NCBI GenBank assembly: GCA_947460575.1
Contig: CANHIJ010000005.1
Coordinates: 2,388-66,387, forward strand
Length of the DNA: 64,000 nucleotides
Reading direction: 5' to 3'
Source: Verrucomicrobiales bacterium
GTDB taxonomy: Bacteria; Verrucomicrobiota; Verrucomicrobiia; Verrucomicrobiales; V1-33
Shown: positions 47,568 to 56,738 of the stretch, one piece after another
How positions within the stretch are numbered: the first letter of the stretch is position 1
Layout: the number at the start of each line of letters is the position of its first letter
The notes under the pieces: generated by a model
Database searches by the model: none
Told to the model about the DNA's origin: nothing
What the model saw: only the letters and a program-made list of their open reading frames with translations
Made by a program: the position numbers and the translations under genes

Positions 47568-50501
47568 TCAGTCCACAAAGAGGAACTCGTTGCTGTTGAA
47601 GAGGACCCGGCAAACCGCGGCCAGGCCGTGCGCTTGGGCCAAGGCCGCAAACGCCGCAAGCTCGTCCGGGCTCGGCGGGCGCTGATAGCAGAGGGCAAAA
47701 CCCGCCTCAATGCGCTCCTCCGCGGTTCCTTGAACCTTTTCCAGCCGCGCCGCGAACTGTTCGCTAGAGTGCAGCACCAATCCGTTATTAAACAGCGCCA
47801 GGGCCTGGAGCGGCGAAGCCGAAAACCCCCGCACCGGCGCGAGCAAGCCGAGGTCCGGAAAATCCAGCGCATCCATAAAGGGGTCCGCAATGGCCCGCCA
47901 CACCAGCCGGTAAATGCTCCGCCGCGAAGTCCCCGGCCCGGCCCGGTCAACATTGTCGTAGTTCAGCACCGGCGTCGACTGCGGTCCCGGGCGCGATGTG
48001 AAAAGCGCCACCGACGGCCCGCCCATGGTCAGGTCCAGCCGACCGCTCACCCCTAGCAAACTATCCCGATAGCTGTCCGCATCCAGCCGCGGGCGGTTCA
48101 TGCGCCACAGCAGGCGATTGTCAGGATCAATCGCCGCCGCGGCCGCTTGGGAAGCTGACGACTGGCGATAGGCGGCACTGGTCGCGATCAAGCGGTGCAG
48201 CGCTTTGAGCGACCCCCGCGCCTCGTCGCGGAACCACACCGCTAGCCAGTCGATCAGTTCCGGATGCGACGGCACCCCGCCCATGCGGCCGAAATCGCCC
48301 GGGGTGTCGCAGATTCCCCTACCGAAGTGATAATGCCAAACGCGGTTCACCGCGCTGCGCCAGGTCAGGGGATTGGCCGGGTCGGCCAGCCAGGTTGCCA
48401 GGGCCGCGCGGCGCGCCATCTCATCCTTCGGATGGGCCAGGTCGAAGCGGGCCTTCAGCCCCGCCACCGCCGACAACGCCCCCGGCGCCACTTCGGCGCC
48501 TGGCTTGGCGAGGTCCCCGCGCTTCAGCAGCCGAATCGTGCGGGGCTCGGCAATGGCGACCACCCCCCGCTCGTTAGTGGCGGCGCGGCCCGCGGCCCAC
48601 ACCGTGGCCGGGGCGGGAAGTTTCGCCTGGGCTTCCTCAGCGCGCTGCCGCAGCACCTGCACCGCTAGCCCTAGCTTTTCTTCCGGCGACCGCTCCGCAG
48701 CCGCTTTGGCCAGGACCGTCTCAACTTCGGCAGGCAGGGCGCTCAAAGCCGACCCTGGCGCCGCGGACGCGGACAGGCGGAACTTCCCCAGCAAGTGGCC
48801 GCCCCCCTGCCATTGCCTCAGGGTAAAAACCAGCCGGTCCCCGGGCTCCACCTGGAGCGGTTCGGCCAACTCAAAAACCGCGCAGTGCGGCGCCCCCTCC
48901 GCCGGATGAATCGCCCAGGACGAGCTCCGATCCCCATCGATCGCCTTCCCAATCCCATAGCCTCCCGCTTGATCAAAATCCGACATCGCCCGGCGAATCT
49001 TCACCTTCTCGGCTTGCGCGGCCCCCCGCCGGAAGCGTTGCACTTCAAACTCGCTGAGGTGCACATTCCCGTTAGGAGCGCGCCCGGGACCGCGGCGCGG
49101 CAGCGAATCATCGGTCAGGAGGTCAATTCTGAATCCCGTGATTTTTGGCGTGTCCGCCGCCGCGCTGACCGCATAGGTATCTTTGTCAGGGATCGGCCCG
49201 CTGGACCTGATCGATCCGTCGCTCAAGCGCTCCAGATTCGCGCCTTCGGCGGAGTCAAAGGTCTCCGGTGGCAGCGTCCGCCAGGGGTCCGACGGCCCGC
49301 GCTCCCGCTCCCAGTCCGCGACTACGGCCTGGTTTTCCGACGACAGGAGCACCGCGGGATCCTTGCGATCGATCGCAGCCCTCAAATCCGCTAGGCGGCG
49401 CTGCTGCTTTTGCGTCGAAGGGTCCTCGTAGTAGGTGATGTCCCCCTTGCCGATGCCGGCGAAGACCGCCTGCAAGGCAAAGTAGTCTTCTTGCGGGATC
49501 GGATCAAACTTATGCGCGTGGCAGCGCGCGCAGTTAGCGGTGGTGCTCACAAAGGAAGCCATCGTCTGCGTCACCAAGTCATCGCGGTCGAGATACTCAA
49601 AGTTAGTGGGTGCGGTGGCCGCGGCGCTGCTGTCGTAGTTTCCCGCCCCGAGAAATCCTAGCGCCGCCGTGAGATGCGTCTCCTCAGGGAAGAAAGCATC
49701 CGCCGCGAGCTGCTCTCGGATGAACCGGTCCCACGGCGTATCGCCATTAAAGCTAGCGATAACATAGTCGCGAAAGCGCCACGCGTTCGGCCGCAAATCG
49801 TCGTGCTCAAATCCGTGGGTGTCGGCAAAATGGATCGTGTCCAGCCAATGTCGCGCCCAGCGCTCCCCGTAGCGCGGGGAGGCCAGCAGGGCATCGACCT
49901 GCTTTTCATAGGCTTGGGGGTCCGCGCTGTGCCCAAAGTCCTCAACCTCTTGCGGCGTCGGCGGCAGCCCGTGGAGATCGTAGTGCAAGCGCCGCAACAG
50001 GGTGCGGCGGTCCGCCGGAGCGGAAAAGGCCAGGCCTTTCTCGGCTAGCTTGCTTTGCAGAAAGGCGTCCACCGGATGGCTCGCCCCGGCAGGCACCGCG
50101 GGCCGGAGCAGCGGCTTGAGCGACCACCACTCGCCTTCCGCCTGGGCCGCCTGCCGCGGATCCACCGCGCCAGCAGCCACCCACGCTTCGAGCAGGGCGA
50201 TCTCCTCGGCTGCCAGCGGCTGCTTCGGCGGCATCTGGTGATCGACGTCGACCCAGCGCACCACTTTGAGGAGCAGGCTTTCGTCCGGTCGGCCCGGCAC
50301 CACGGTCGGCCCAGCATCCCCGCCCTGCTCCCAACCGGACCGGGAGTCCAGCGTCAGGCCGCCCTTCATTTTGCCCGAAGCATGCGAGTGGCATTCGTAG
50401 CAGCGGCGCTTCAGCAGCGGCTCAATTTTCTCCCCAAAAAAGTCTTCCGCCCCCGCGCAGGCCGTCGATCCGATTAGGAATAGGGCGATGGCGCGTCTCA
50501 T
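47568..50501 (-). CDS. PSCyt/DUF1549/DUF1553-type exported protein with two CxxCH motifs
   Basis: Signal peptide, then IEPLLKRRCYECHSH...GGLTLDS, a second motif CARCHAHKFDP, a central ...SLPRRGPGRAPNGNVHLSEF... module and a DUF1553-like C-terminus. The start codon overlaps the iclR stop (ATGA, 50498-50501). Confidence 0.85.
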   Translation of the reverse strand: MRRAIALFLIGSTACAGAEDFFGEKIEPLLKRRCYECHSHASGKMKGGLTLDSRSGWEQGGDAGPTVVPGRPDESLLLKVVRWVDVDHQMPPKQPLAAEEIALLEAWVAAGAVDPRQAAQAEGEWWSLKPLLRPAVPAGASHPVDAFLQSKLAEKGLAFSAPADRRTLLRRLHYDLHGLPPTPQEVEDFGHSADPQAYEKQVDALLASPRYGERWARHWLDTIHFADTHGFEHDDLRPNAWRFRDYVIASFNGDTPWDRFIREQLAADAFFPEETHLTAALGFLGAGNYDSSAAATAPTNFEYLDRDDLVTQTMASFVSTTANCARCHAHKFDPIPQEDYFALQAVFAGIGKGDITYYEDPSTQKQQRRLADLRAAIDRKDPAVLLSSENQAVVADWERERGPSDPWRTLPPETFDSAEGANLERLSDGSIRSSGPIPDKDTYAVSAAADTPKITGFRIDLLTDDSLPRRGPGRAPNGNVHLSEFEVQRFRRGAAQAEKVKIRRAMSDFDQAGGYGIGKAIDGDRSSSWAIHPAEGAPHCAVFELAEPLQVEPGDRLVFTLRQWQGGGHLLGKFRLSASAAPGSALSALPAEVETVLAKAAAERSPEEKLGLAVQVLRQRAEEAQAKLPAPATVWAAGRAATNERGVVAIAEPRTIRLLKRGDLAKPGAEVAPGALSAVAGLKARFDLAHPKDEMARRAALATWLADPANPLTWRSAVNRVWHYHFGRGICDTPGDFGRMGGVPSHPELIDWLAVWFRDEARGSLKALHRLIATSAAYRQSSASQAAAAAIDPDNRLLWRMNRPRLDADSYRDSLLGVSGRLDLTMGGPSVALFTSRPGPQSTPVLNYDNVDRAGPGTSRRSIYRLVWRAIADPFMDALDFPDLGLLAPVRGFSASPLQALALFNNGLVLHSSEQFAARLEKVQGTAEERIEAGFALCYQRPPSPDELAAFAALAQAHGLAAVCRVLFNSNEFLFVD

Positions 50502-51310
50502 GCCTGCATCCTCCTCTCAATCGCTCCCGCGGCGTTGACCACTTCGCGCGCCACCTCGGCAAAGCGGCGCTTCGGCATCCGCCCCGCGATGCCCGAAACC
50601 CACACCGTTCCCACCAAGCCTTGCCGCCCATCCCGGATCGGGGCCGCCACGCAGTGGATGCCCTCGTCCGCTTCGCCGTAATCGGTGGCAAACCCCCGCG
50701 CCGCCACCCCCTCGCATTCCTCCCGCAGCTTGCTTCGACTTGTGATCGTGCGCGAGGTGCTGCGCTCGAGCGGAATCCGCGCGATGGCGCCGTCGCGCTC
50801 CGGCGCCTCCCGAAAGGCCAATAAAACCTTGCCCGGCGCATTGTTGTGCAGCGGAAACCGCAACCCGATATTCACCCCGATCCGCACCGCCCGCAGGCTT
50901 TCTAACTTTTCAATAATGACCCCCTCGTCCCCCACCGCAATGCCCAACTGCACGGTTTCCCCAATCGCGCCGCGCAGCCCGCGCATCGGCTCCAGGGCGC
51001 ACTCCACCAAACTCACGTCCCGCGTCTGCGGCTGCCCCATGCGCAGCAGTTTCCCCGTCAGCGAATGCCGCATCGCGACCTCATCCCGCGCTACATAACC
51101 TCGGTCCATCAGCGCCTGCAGCAGCCGCGAAGTGGAGTTCTTCGGGCTCCCAATCGCGGCGCTGATCTCCGTCAAAATCAGCCCACCCGGCGCCGCGTCG
51201 AGCAACTCCAAAATGGCCAGACCGCGGTCCAACGCAGGGGCTTCACTCTTGCGACAGAGTTCCAGGCGCGGGGCGGCTTGTTCTACATGCGGAACGCGTT
51301 CCATGGTCAT
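50498..51310 (-). CDS. IclR-family transcriptional regulator
   Basis: N-terminal wHTH LDRGLAILELL......L.L.EI......PKSTTSRLL.AL...GY-like sequence (LDRGLAILELLDAAPGGLILTEISAAIGSPKNSTSRLLQALMDRGYV) and a C-terminal IclR effector-domain pattern. Confidence 0.85.
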   Translation of the reverse strand: MTMERVPHVEQAAPRLELCRKSEAPALDRGLAILELLDAAPGGLILTEISAAIGSPKNSTSRLLQALMDRGYVARDEVAMRHSLTGKLLRMGQPQTRDVSLVECALEPMRGLRGAIGETVQLGIAVGDEGVIIEKLESLRAVRIGVNIGLRFPLHNNAPGKVLLAFREAPERDGAIARIPLERSTSRTITSRSKLREECEGVAARGFATDYGEADEGIHCVAAPIRDGRQGLVGTVWVSGIAGRMPKRRFAEVAREVVNAAGAIERRMQA

Positions 51311-51464
51311 CCACTAACCGGCGGCGCCCGCTGTGTCAAGTTAAAACACCCTGGCCCCGCAGCGCCGCCCCGCGCTTCACCTTGACTTGAGGCCATTCTG
51401 GCCAACCCTGCTCCGCCCCGATCTGCTCGCGCTTCGCCGCTAACTTCAATCAGAATCCAAAATT

Positions 51465-52793
51465 ATGATTAATCGCCGAGAAATGCTGTCCGACATGGCG
51501 GCCGGATTGGGGGCCATGCTCGGCTCGGGCCTAATCCCAGCCCGCGCCGCCGCCCCGGGGATCGCCCCCAGCTCCGCCGTCGGCAGCCCCAAGCGGGTCA
51601 TCTTCTTTTTGCAAAACCACGGTTTCGACCCCCTCACCTGCCTGCCCAAAGGCCTGACCGAGAGCTGCTCCCTAGCGGGCGTCGCCCTGGAAAAGCCGAT
51701 GCAGGCCCTCGAGCCCTACAAGCACCGGATGCACGTCATTACCGGGCTGCACGGCCGCCACACCAACCCCGGACACAGCGCCTACTTCGGGGCCCTCGGC
51801 GGCTGCCGCGGCGGCACCGGAGTCCCCCCCGCGGCCGCCACCATCGATCACGCGCTCAGCCAGGTCCTCCCCCAGACCATCCTCCCCCCGCTCTGCATCG
51901 GCATGGAATCGCTCGAAAGCATGAAGGCGCGCCCCACCCTCGCTACCCTCACGGCCGCAGGTCCCAACCAGCCGACCTTCATGCACTGCGACCCCAACAT
52001 GCTCTACCAGATGCTCTTCGGAAGCATCGCCGAGGGCACTATCAAGCAGCACTATCAAGCCCGCGCCAACATCCTCCGCGCCGTCGAACGCACCGCCCAG
52101 CTGAAGTCCCAGGGATTGCCCCTCGCCGAAGCGGAGCGCTATGCCAGGTACGTCCATGGATTTCGCGACCTCAACGGCCTGCAAGAAAAACTCTCCGGAA
52201 TCTCCGACCAACTCCGCAAGGTCGCTCCCCGCCCGGACGAACGCTACACCGCCCCCCAATTTGAAACCCAGTGGCACGACGCCCTCCTCGAAATCGGCAT
52301 CGCCGCCCTCCAGGCAAATCTAACGAATGTTCTAACGATCGCTTCAGGCTGCGGCGAGTATTTCGGGTCCTGGAAGGGCCTCGGCATTCAAGATACCGGC
52401 CACGGCCTGGGCCACATTGACCAACCGGATAGTGTCATTTGGACCAAAATTCGCCAGTACAACTGCGAGATGCTCGTCAAGCTCATGAAGGCCCTGGAGG
52501 CCACCCCAGAAGGCCCGGGATCCATGATGGATAACACCTTGATCGTCTACACGAGCAACAACGGGGAAAAGCAGCACACCGACGGCTCCAATTGGCCCTT
52601 TGTGCTCCTCGGAAACGCCGGTGGGCGCTTTAAAACGGGTCAGCACACCGCAGTGGTGGACCGCCCCATCAACGACCTCTACGCCACGCTCCTCCACGGG
52701 GTCGGCGCCCCGGTCGACCGCTTTAACATGGACAAAAACTTGGCCGCGGTTCACCACAGCCAAGTCGGCCCCATTGAGGCGATTCTCCGTTAA
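51465..52793 (+). CDS. DUF1552-family Tat-exported protein
   Basis: Sequence MINRREMLSDMAAGLGAMLGSGLIPARA (twin-Arg-like signal). The C-terminal DNTLIVYTSNNGEKQHTDGSNWPFVLLGNAGGRFKTGQH......PINDLYATLLHGVGAPVDRF matches the DUF1552 end pattern. Confidence 0.7.
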   Translation: MINRREMLSDMAAGLGAMLGSGLIPARAAAPGIAPSSAVGSPKRVIFFLQNHGFDPLTCLPKGLTESCSLAGVALEKPMQALEPYKHRMHVITGLHGRHTNPGHSAYFGALGGCRGGTGVPPAAATIDHALSQVLPQTILPPLCIGMESLESMKARPTLATLTAAGPNQPTFMHCDPNMLYQMLFGSIAEGTIKQHYQARANILRAVERTAQLKSQGLPLAEAERYARYVHGFRDLNGLQEKLSGISDQLRKVAPRPDERYTAPQFETQWHDALLEIGIAALQANLTNVLTIASGCGEYFGSWKGLGIQDTGHGLGHIDQPDSVIWTKIRQYNCEMLVKLMKALEATPEGPGSMMDNTLIVYTSNNGEKQHTDGSNWPFVLLGNAGGRFKTGQHTAVVDRPINDLYATLLHGVGAPVDRFNMDKNLAAVHHSQVGPIEAILR

Positions 52794-52794
52794 G

Positions 52795-55251
52795 ATGATC
52801 GCCGTTCGCCTGCGATCTGGCGCGACCCGGTGGCCGCGATTGTTTTTGGCGCTCGCCGCGGCCCTCTCCGCGGCGCCCGCTGACGAAGTTGCCGACGACT
52901 TCGCGGCGCGGGCTCAGCCCTTCTTGGCGAGCTACTGTTATGATTGCCACGATGCCGAGACCAAAAAGGGGGGCGTCTCCCTGGATGCGCTGCGCGAAGT
53001 CACGGCCGACAACGCCAGCCTGTGGAAGCGGGTCTGGGAGCAGGTCGCCCTCAAGGAAATGCCGCCGCCCAAGCAATCCGACCAGCCCGCCCTGGCGCAG
53101 CGCCTCGAAATCTCGACCTGGATCACCGAGGGCCTGATGCAGGCCCTCCAAGACCACGGCGGCTTCATCGACCACCTCCGCCCCGCCAAGGGAAATCACC
53201 TCGACCACGATCTCCTCTTTGGCTCCCGGCCCAAAAATCTTCAGCCGACATCGACCCCAGCCCGCCTGTGGCGCCTTCACCCTCAGGAGCAACTGGTCCG
53301 CCTCAACGACCTCATTTGCCTCAAGCGACCCTACAACCCCGAGCGCCCCGGCCTCTGGACGCACGGCGACCACATCCCCTCTAACCTCGAAGGGGAAATC
53401 AAAGTCTACTTCGGCTTAGATCAATACCTCACCTCCTTCGACGACGCCTACAGCATCGGAGTAAGCGGCTTCCAGTCTAGCCTTTCTATGATTCGGGACC
53501 GCGGCTTGCGCAACTACCCCTTTCTCTACTCCGTGAATAGCGCGGAGGCCCTCCAGATCTCCGGCGTCGCCGAAAAAGTCCTCCGCTACATGGCCCGCGG
53601 CCCCGCCGCCGAACCCTATCAGTTCACTGACGACATCGAAAAAATACCCGGCCAATACCGCAACCTCAATCTTATTTTCTATGGCACCGCAATCAAGCGG
53701 CCCTTGACCCCGCTCTATGAGCTGATGAAAAATCCGGGCGTCAGCGACGACCGCCTAAGCGAAGTCATCCGCTTTTTGTTTCAAGCCCTCACGCTGAGGC
53801 CGCCAAGTCAGGCCGAAACCGCCCGCTACCTGGAAATTGTGAACCAGTCTATCCAGGAGGTCGGCAAGGAAGAAGGGGTCATCCTGGGCCTCACCCCCCT
53901 TTTCCTCGACCGCGATGCCCTGTTTCGCCCGGAGTTGTGCCCCGAGGGGATCCCCGACGCCCACGGGCGCACCCTGCTCCAAGGCGACGAACTGGCCCTG
54001 GCCATCAACGCCGCCTTCTCCTACATCGTCCCCGATGCCGATCACCTCAAAACCGCCCTGGCCGAGGGCCACTTGAAGACGCGCGACGATGTGAAGCGGG
54101 AAGTCACCCGCATCCTCAACGACGACCGCATCCGAAAACCTCGGGTGCTCCAGTTTTTCCGGGACTTTTTCGACTATGACCGCGCCCCTGGTATCTGCAA
54201 AGACCGCAAGTTCCTCGAGGAGGAGGGGGGCCACTTCGATACCTATTACGCGGCCATGCTCAGCATGGTCGCCAACACCGACGGCCTGATTGAATTGATC
54301 CTTCAGGAAGACAAAAACGTCCTCAAGGAGTTGCTGACGACGAATCGCGTCATCTACCAGCCGGCTAGCTCGGGCGCCAACTTCCGCGACGGGATCTTAT
54401 TCCTTACTGACATCGCCTATTATATGGTGCGGGGCAAGCAGTGGGAGCCCCTCCGGGACTTCTCCGAAATTGCCATCCCTCCCACCAGTGAAAACAAACT
54501 GCTCATCGAAAGGGCGCAGCGAGAAATCGAGCAGCACAACATGCGGCACCACATCTTTCCCAATCCCTCCCAGCCCATCTACGTCCGCCAATCGCCCTTT
54601 GACAAAGGCCGATTCCCCCCCGCGATGAACGCCCTCAAGGCGATCACCACCGTCGACCCCAAGGAGCGCCTCGGCATCCTCACGCATCCCGTTTGGTTAG
54701 TGGCGCACTCCGACGCCATGGACAACCACGCCATTTTGCGCGGCCGCTGGATCCGAGAGCGCCTCCTCGGCGATGCCGTGCCGGACATTCCTATCACCGT
54801 TGACGCCAAGTTGCCCGTGGAACCTGAGTCCACCTTGCGCCAGCGGATGCACGTCCTGCACGCCCCGGAATGCTGGCGCTGCCATCAAAAAATGGATCCG
54901 CTCGGCCTGCCCTTCGAAATGTATAACCAACTCGGCCTGGTGCGCGACCGCGACAAGGGAAAGCCCGTAGATGCCAGCGGCGAAATCACCCGCAGCGGCG
55001 ACCCCGCCTTGGAGGGACCAGTGAACAGCCCCATGGAAATGCTGCAAAAACTCGCCGCCAGCGAGCGGGTGCAGCAGGTATTTGTGCGCCATGCGTTTCG
55101 CTTTTGGATGGGGCGCAATGAAACCATCAATGACGCCCCCATCCTCCAAGAAGCCTTTCAAGCCTACCGCGACCACGGGGGAAGCATGAAGGCAATCCTC
55201 GCGGTCCTGCTGACGTCGGATGCGTTTCTCTACCGCCAAAAGTTCCCCTAG
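52795..55251 (+). CDS. DUF1587/DUF1592/DUF1595/DUF1588-type exported protein with two CxxCH motifs
   Basis: Trimmed to MIAVRL... (ATG 52795, 1 nt after the DUF1552 stop). N-terminal FLASYCYDCHDAETKKGGVSLDAL (PSCyt3-like). C-terminal ECWRCHQKMDPLGLPFEMYNQLG (DUF1588-type motif). Confidence 0.75.
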   Translation: MIAVRLRSGATRWPRLFLALAAALSAAPADEVADDFAARAQPFLASYCYDCHDAETKKGGVSLDALREVTADNASLWKRVWEQVALKEMPPPKQSDQPALAQRLEISTWITEGLMQALQDHGGFIDHLRPAKGNHLDHDLLFGSRPKNLQPTSTPARLWRLHPQEQLVRLNDLICLKRPYNPERPGLWTHGDHIPSNLEGEIKVYFGLDQYLTSFDDAYSIGVSGFQSSLSMIRDRGLRNYPFLYSVNSAEALQISGVAEKVLRYMARGPAAEPYQFTDDIEKIPGQYRNLNLIFYGTAIKRPLTPLYELMKNPGVSDDRLSEVIRFLFQALTLRPPSQAETARYLEIVNQSIQEVGKEEGVILGLTPLFLDRDALFRPELCPEGIPDAHGRTLLQGDELALAINAAFSYIVPDADHLKTALAEGHLKTRDDVKREVTRILNDDRIRKPRVLQFFRDFFDYDRAPGICKDRKFLEEEGGHFDTYYAAMLSMVANTDGLIELILQEDKNVLKELLTTNRVIYQPASSGANFRDGILFLTDIAYYMVRGKQWEPLRDFSEIAIPPTSENKLLIERAQREIEQHNMRHHIFPNPSQPIYVRQSPFDKGRFPPAMNALKAITTVDPKERLGILTHPVWLVAHSDAMDNHAILRGRWIRERLLGDAVPDIPITVDAKLPVEPESTLRQRMHVLHAPECWRCHQKMDPLGLPFEMYNQLGLVRDRDKGKPVDASGEITRSGDPALEGPVNSPMEMLQKLAASERVQQVFVRHAFRFWMGRNETINDAPILQEAFQAYRDHGGSMKAILAVLLTSDAFLYRQKFP

Positions 55252-55583
55252 CCCCGCGCTGCTCCGCGCCCCTGGGCTGCGGGAGGCGACGGGTGCAGCT
55301 GCCGCACCTTTTCCTTCAATTCCTTGCCGGGCTTGAACTTGACCACCGCCCGGGCGGGTATGGCCACCGCGAGTTCGGGGTTTTTCGGATTGCGCCCGAC
55401 CTTGGGTTTGGTCACCCGGATTTCGAAGCTGCCAAAATTGCGCAGCACCACATCGGCGTTTTCAGACAGGTGGGTGGTGACGTTGTCCAAAAAGAGTTGC
55501 AGGACGTCGAAGACTTCGTTTTGCGTCAGCCCGGTTTGATCGCTGATCTGAATCACGAGGTCGCGTTTAGTGACGGAGGCCAT
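55248..55583 (-). CDS. HU/IHF-family DNA-binding protein
   Basis: Sequence MASVTKRDLVIQISDQTGLTQNEVFDVLQLFLDNV...FGSFEIRVTKPKVGRNPKNPELAVAIPARAVVKFKPGKELK is the canonical HU/IHF fold signature, with a short Pro/Ala/Gly tail. Confidence 0.88.
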   Translation of the reverse strand: MASVTKRDLVIQISDQTGLTQNEVFDVLQLFLDNVTTHLSENADVVLRNFGSFEIRVTKPKVGRNPKNPELAVAIPARAVVKFKPGKELKEKVRQLHPSPPAAQGRGAARG

Positions 55584-55718
55584 GGGAGAATGATAGTAGA
55601 AATAATAAAAGCTGGGAGGGGAGCGCGGGAAACCTTATGCGCAGCCCCCCGGTGAAATCCATAGAGTTTTTTTAAACGCGGAAAAAATCCCCCTAATATC
55701 ATCCAATTGGCCAAGCTC

Positions 55719-56726
55719 CTAAATCTGCCCCGGCGGCTGCGCTTGGGCGTAAAGTTTGTCGAAGGCGCGGGAGCGGTTGGCGTAGGGCGGATAAGTGCTC
55801 GGCGCGGCGCCTGGGGGAAGGTAGCGCCAATGCTTGTAAAGCCACATCCAATGGGCGGGGTGCTCGCGCAGCACCGGCTCAATGACATCCCAGCAGGCCT
55901 GGGCCGCCTCCTGCCAGGAGGTGTCCGGGGCGAGCGGAATGGGATCCATAAAGCGGAGCTGCCAGCGGCCATCGGGCAGCGGCAGGGCCAGAGCGGGCAC
56001 CAGCGGCAGCCCCGTGCGGGCGGCTAGGGCCACATGCAGCACGCTGATGCTAGACCACCGCCCGAAGCGGCGAATCGCCACCGCGCTTTGGTCGGGATGG
56101 ACATTCAGGTCTACCAGGGCGGCGGCGCTCCCCCCCCTGCGCAGGTGGCGAAAGAGGCGCAGCATGGCCCCCTCTTGGGGAATAATGACCTGCCCCGCCA
56201 GGGAGCGCAGGCGGCGAAAAATGCCGGTCAGCGGCGGGTTTTTGAAGTCCTGCGCGATGATCATGCTGGGCCCAAAGCGCAGGGCCCGGCCCAGGCTGAG
56301 CCACTCAAAATTGCCGCAGTGCGCGGTGGCAAAAATGCAGCCCCCCTCCTTCGCGGCGCGCTCCGCCGCAGGGCTGTCGCACTGCAACTCAAAATAGCGG
56401 TCCCAGTGCTCCGCGCGCAGCCGCCGCCCCCAGAACAACTCCAAAAAGGTGCGCGCAAAATTGCGGTAGTTGGCCCGCTCCAGCTGGCGCAGCTCCGCCG
56501 GGCTGCGGCTGGCCCCCAAGGCCATCTGGAGGTTCGCCCGAATGGTGCGGCGGCCGCGCCCGTCGAGCGCCCAGGCCACCGTTCCCAAAACCGCCCCCCC
56601 CACCCGCACCGCACCCAGCGGCAGGCAGGGAATCGCCCCCTCGGCAGCCGCCAGCAGGCCATGCTCCAAGCGAAAGCGCAGGCGCAACCACCAAGGGAGT
56701 TCACTGACAGGCACAGCCATGGACAC
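55719..56726 (-). CDS. lipid A biosynthesis (Kdo)2-lipid IVA acyltransferase family (LpxL/HtrB-like)
   Basis: N-terminal TM segment, then ...NY.NF.R...E......FATAHCGNFEW (H-x4-E acyltransferase motif)...ALVDLNV. Confidence 0.7.
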   Translation of the reverse strand: MSMAVPVSELPWWLRLRFRLEHGLLAAAEGAIPCLPLGAVRVGGAVLGTVAWALDGRGRRTIRANLQMALGASRSPAELRQLERANYRNFARTFLELFWGRRLRAEHWDRYFELQCDSPAAERAAKEGGCIFATAHCGNFEWLSLGRALRFGPSMIIAQDFKNPPLTGIFRRLRSLAGQVIIPQEGAMLRLFRHLRRGGSAAALVDLNVHPDQSAVAIRRFGRWSSISVLHVALAARTGLPLVPALALPLPDGRWQLRFMDPIPLAPDTSWQEAAQACWDVIEPVLREHPAHWMWLYKHWRYLPPGAAPSTYPPYANRSRAFDKLYAQAQPPGQI

Positions 56727-56738
56727 CAGAAATAAAAG

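Noticed and set aside
51335-51390. GTCAAG(T) ... CTTGAC 6-7-nt inverted repeat about 45 nt apart, and a TTGACT hexamer, as IclR operator or promoter.
   Set aside because: It is too short and too widely spaced to be meaningful without comparative data. Only the 13-nt palindrome at 51391-51403 is mentioned, as a weak candidate inside the main finding.
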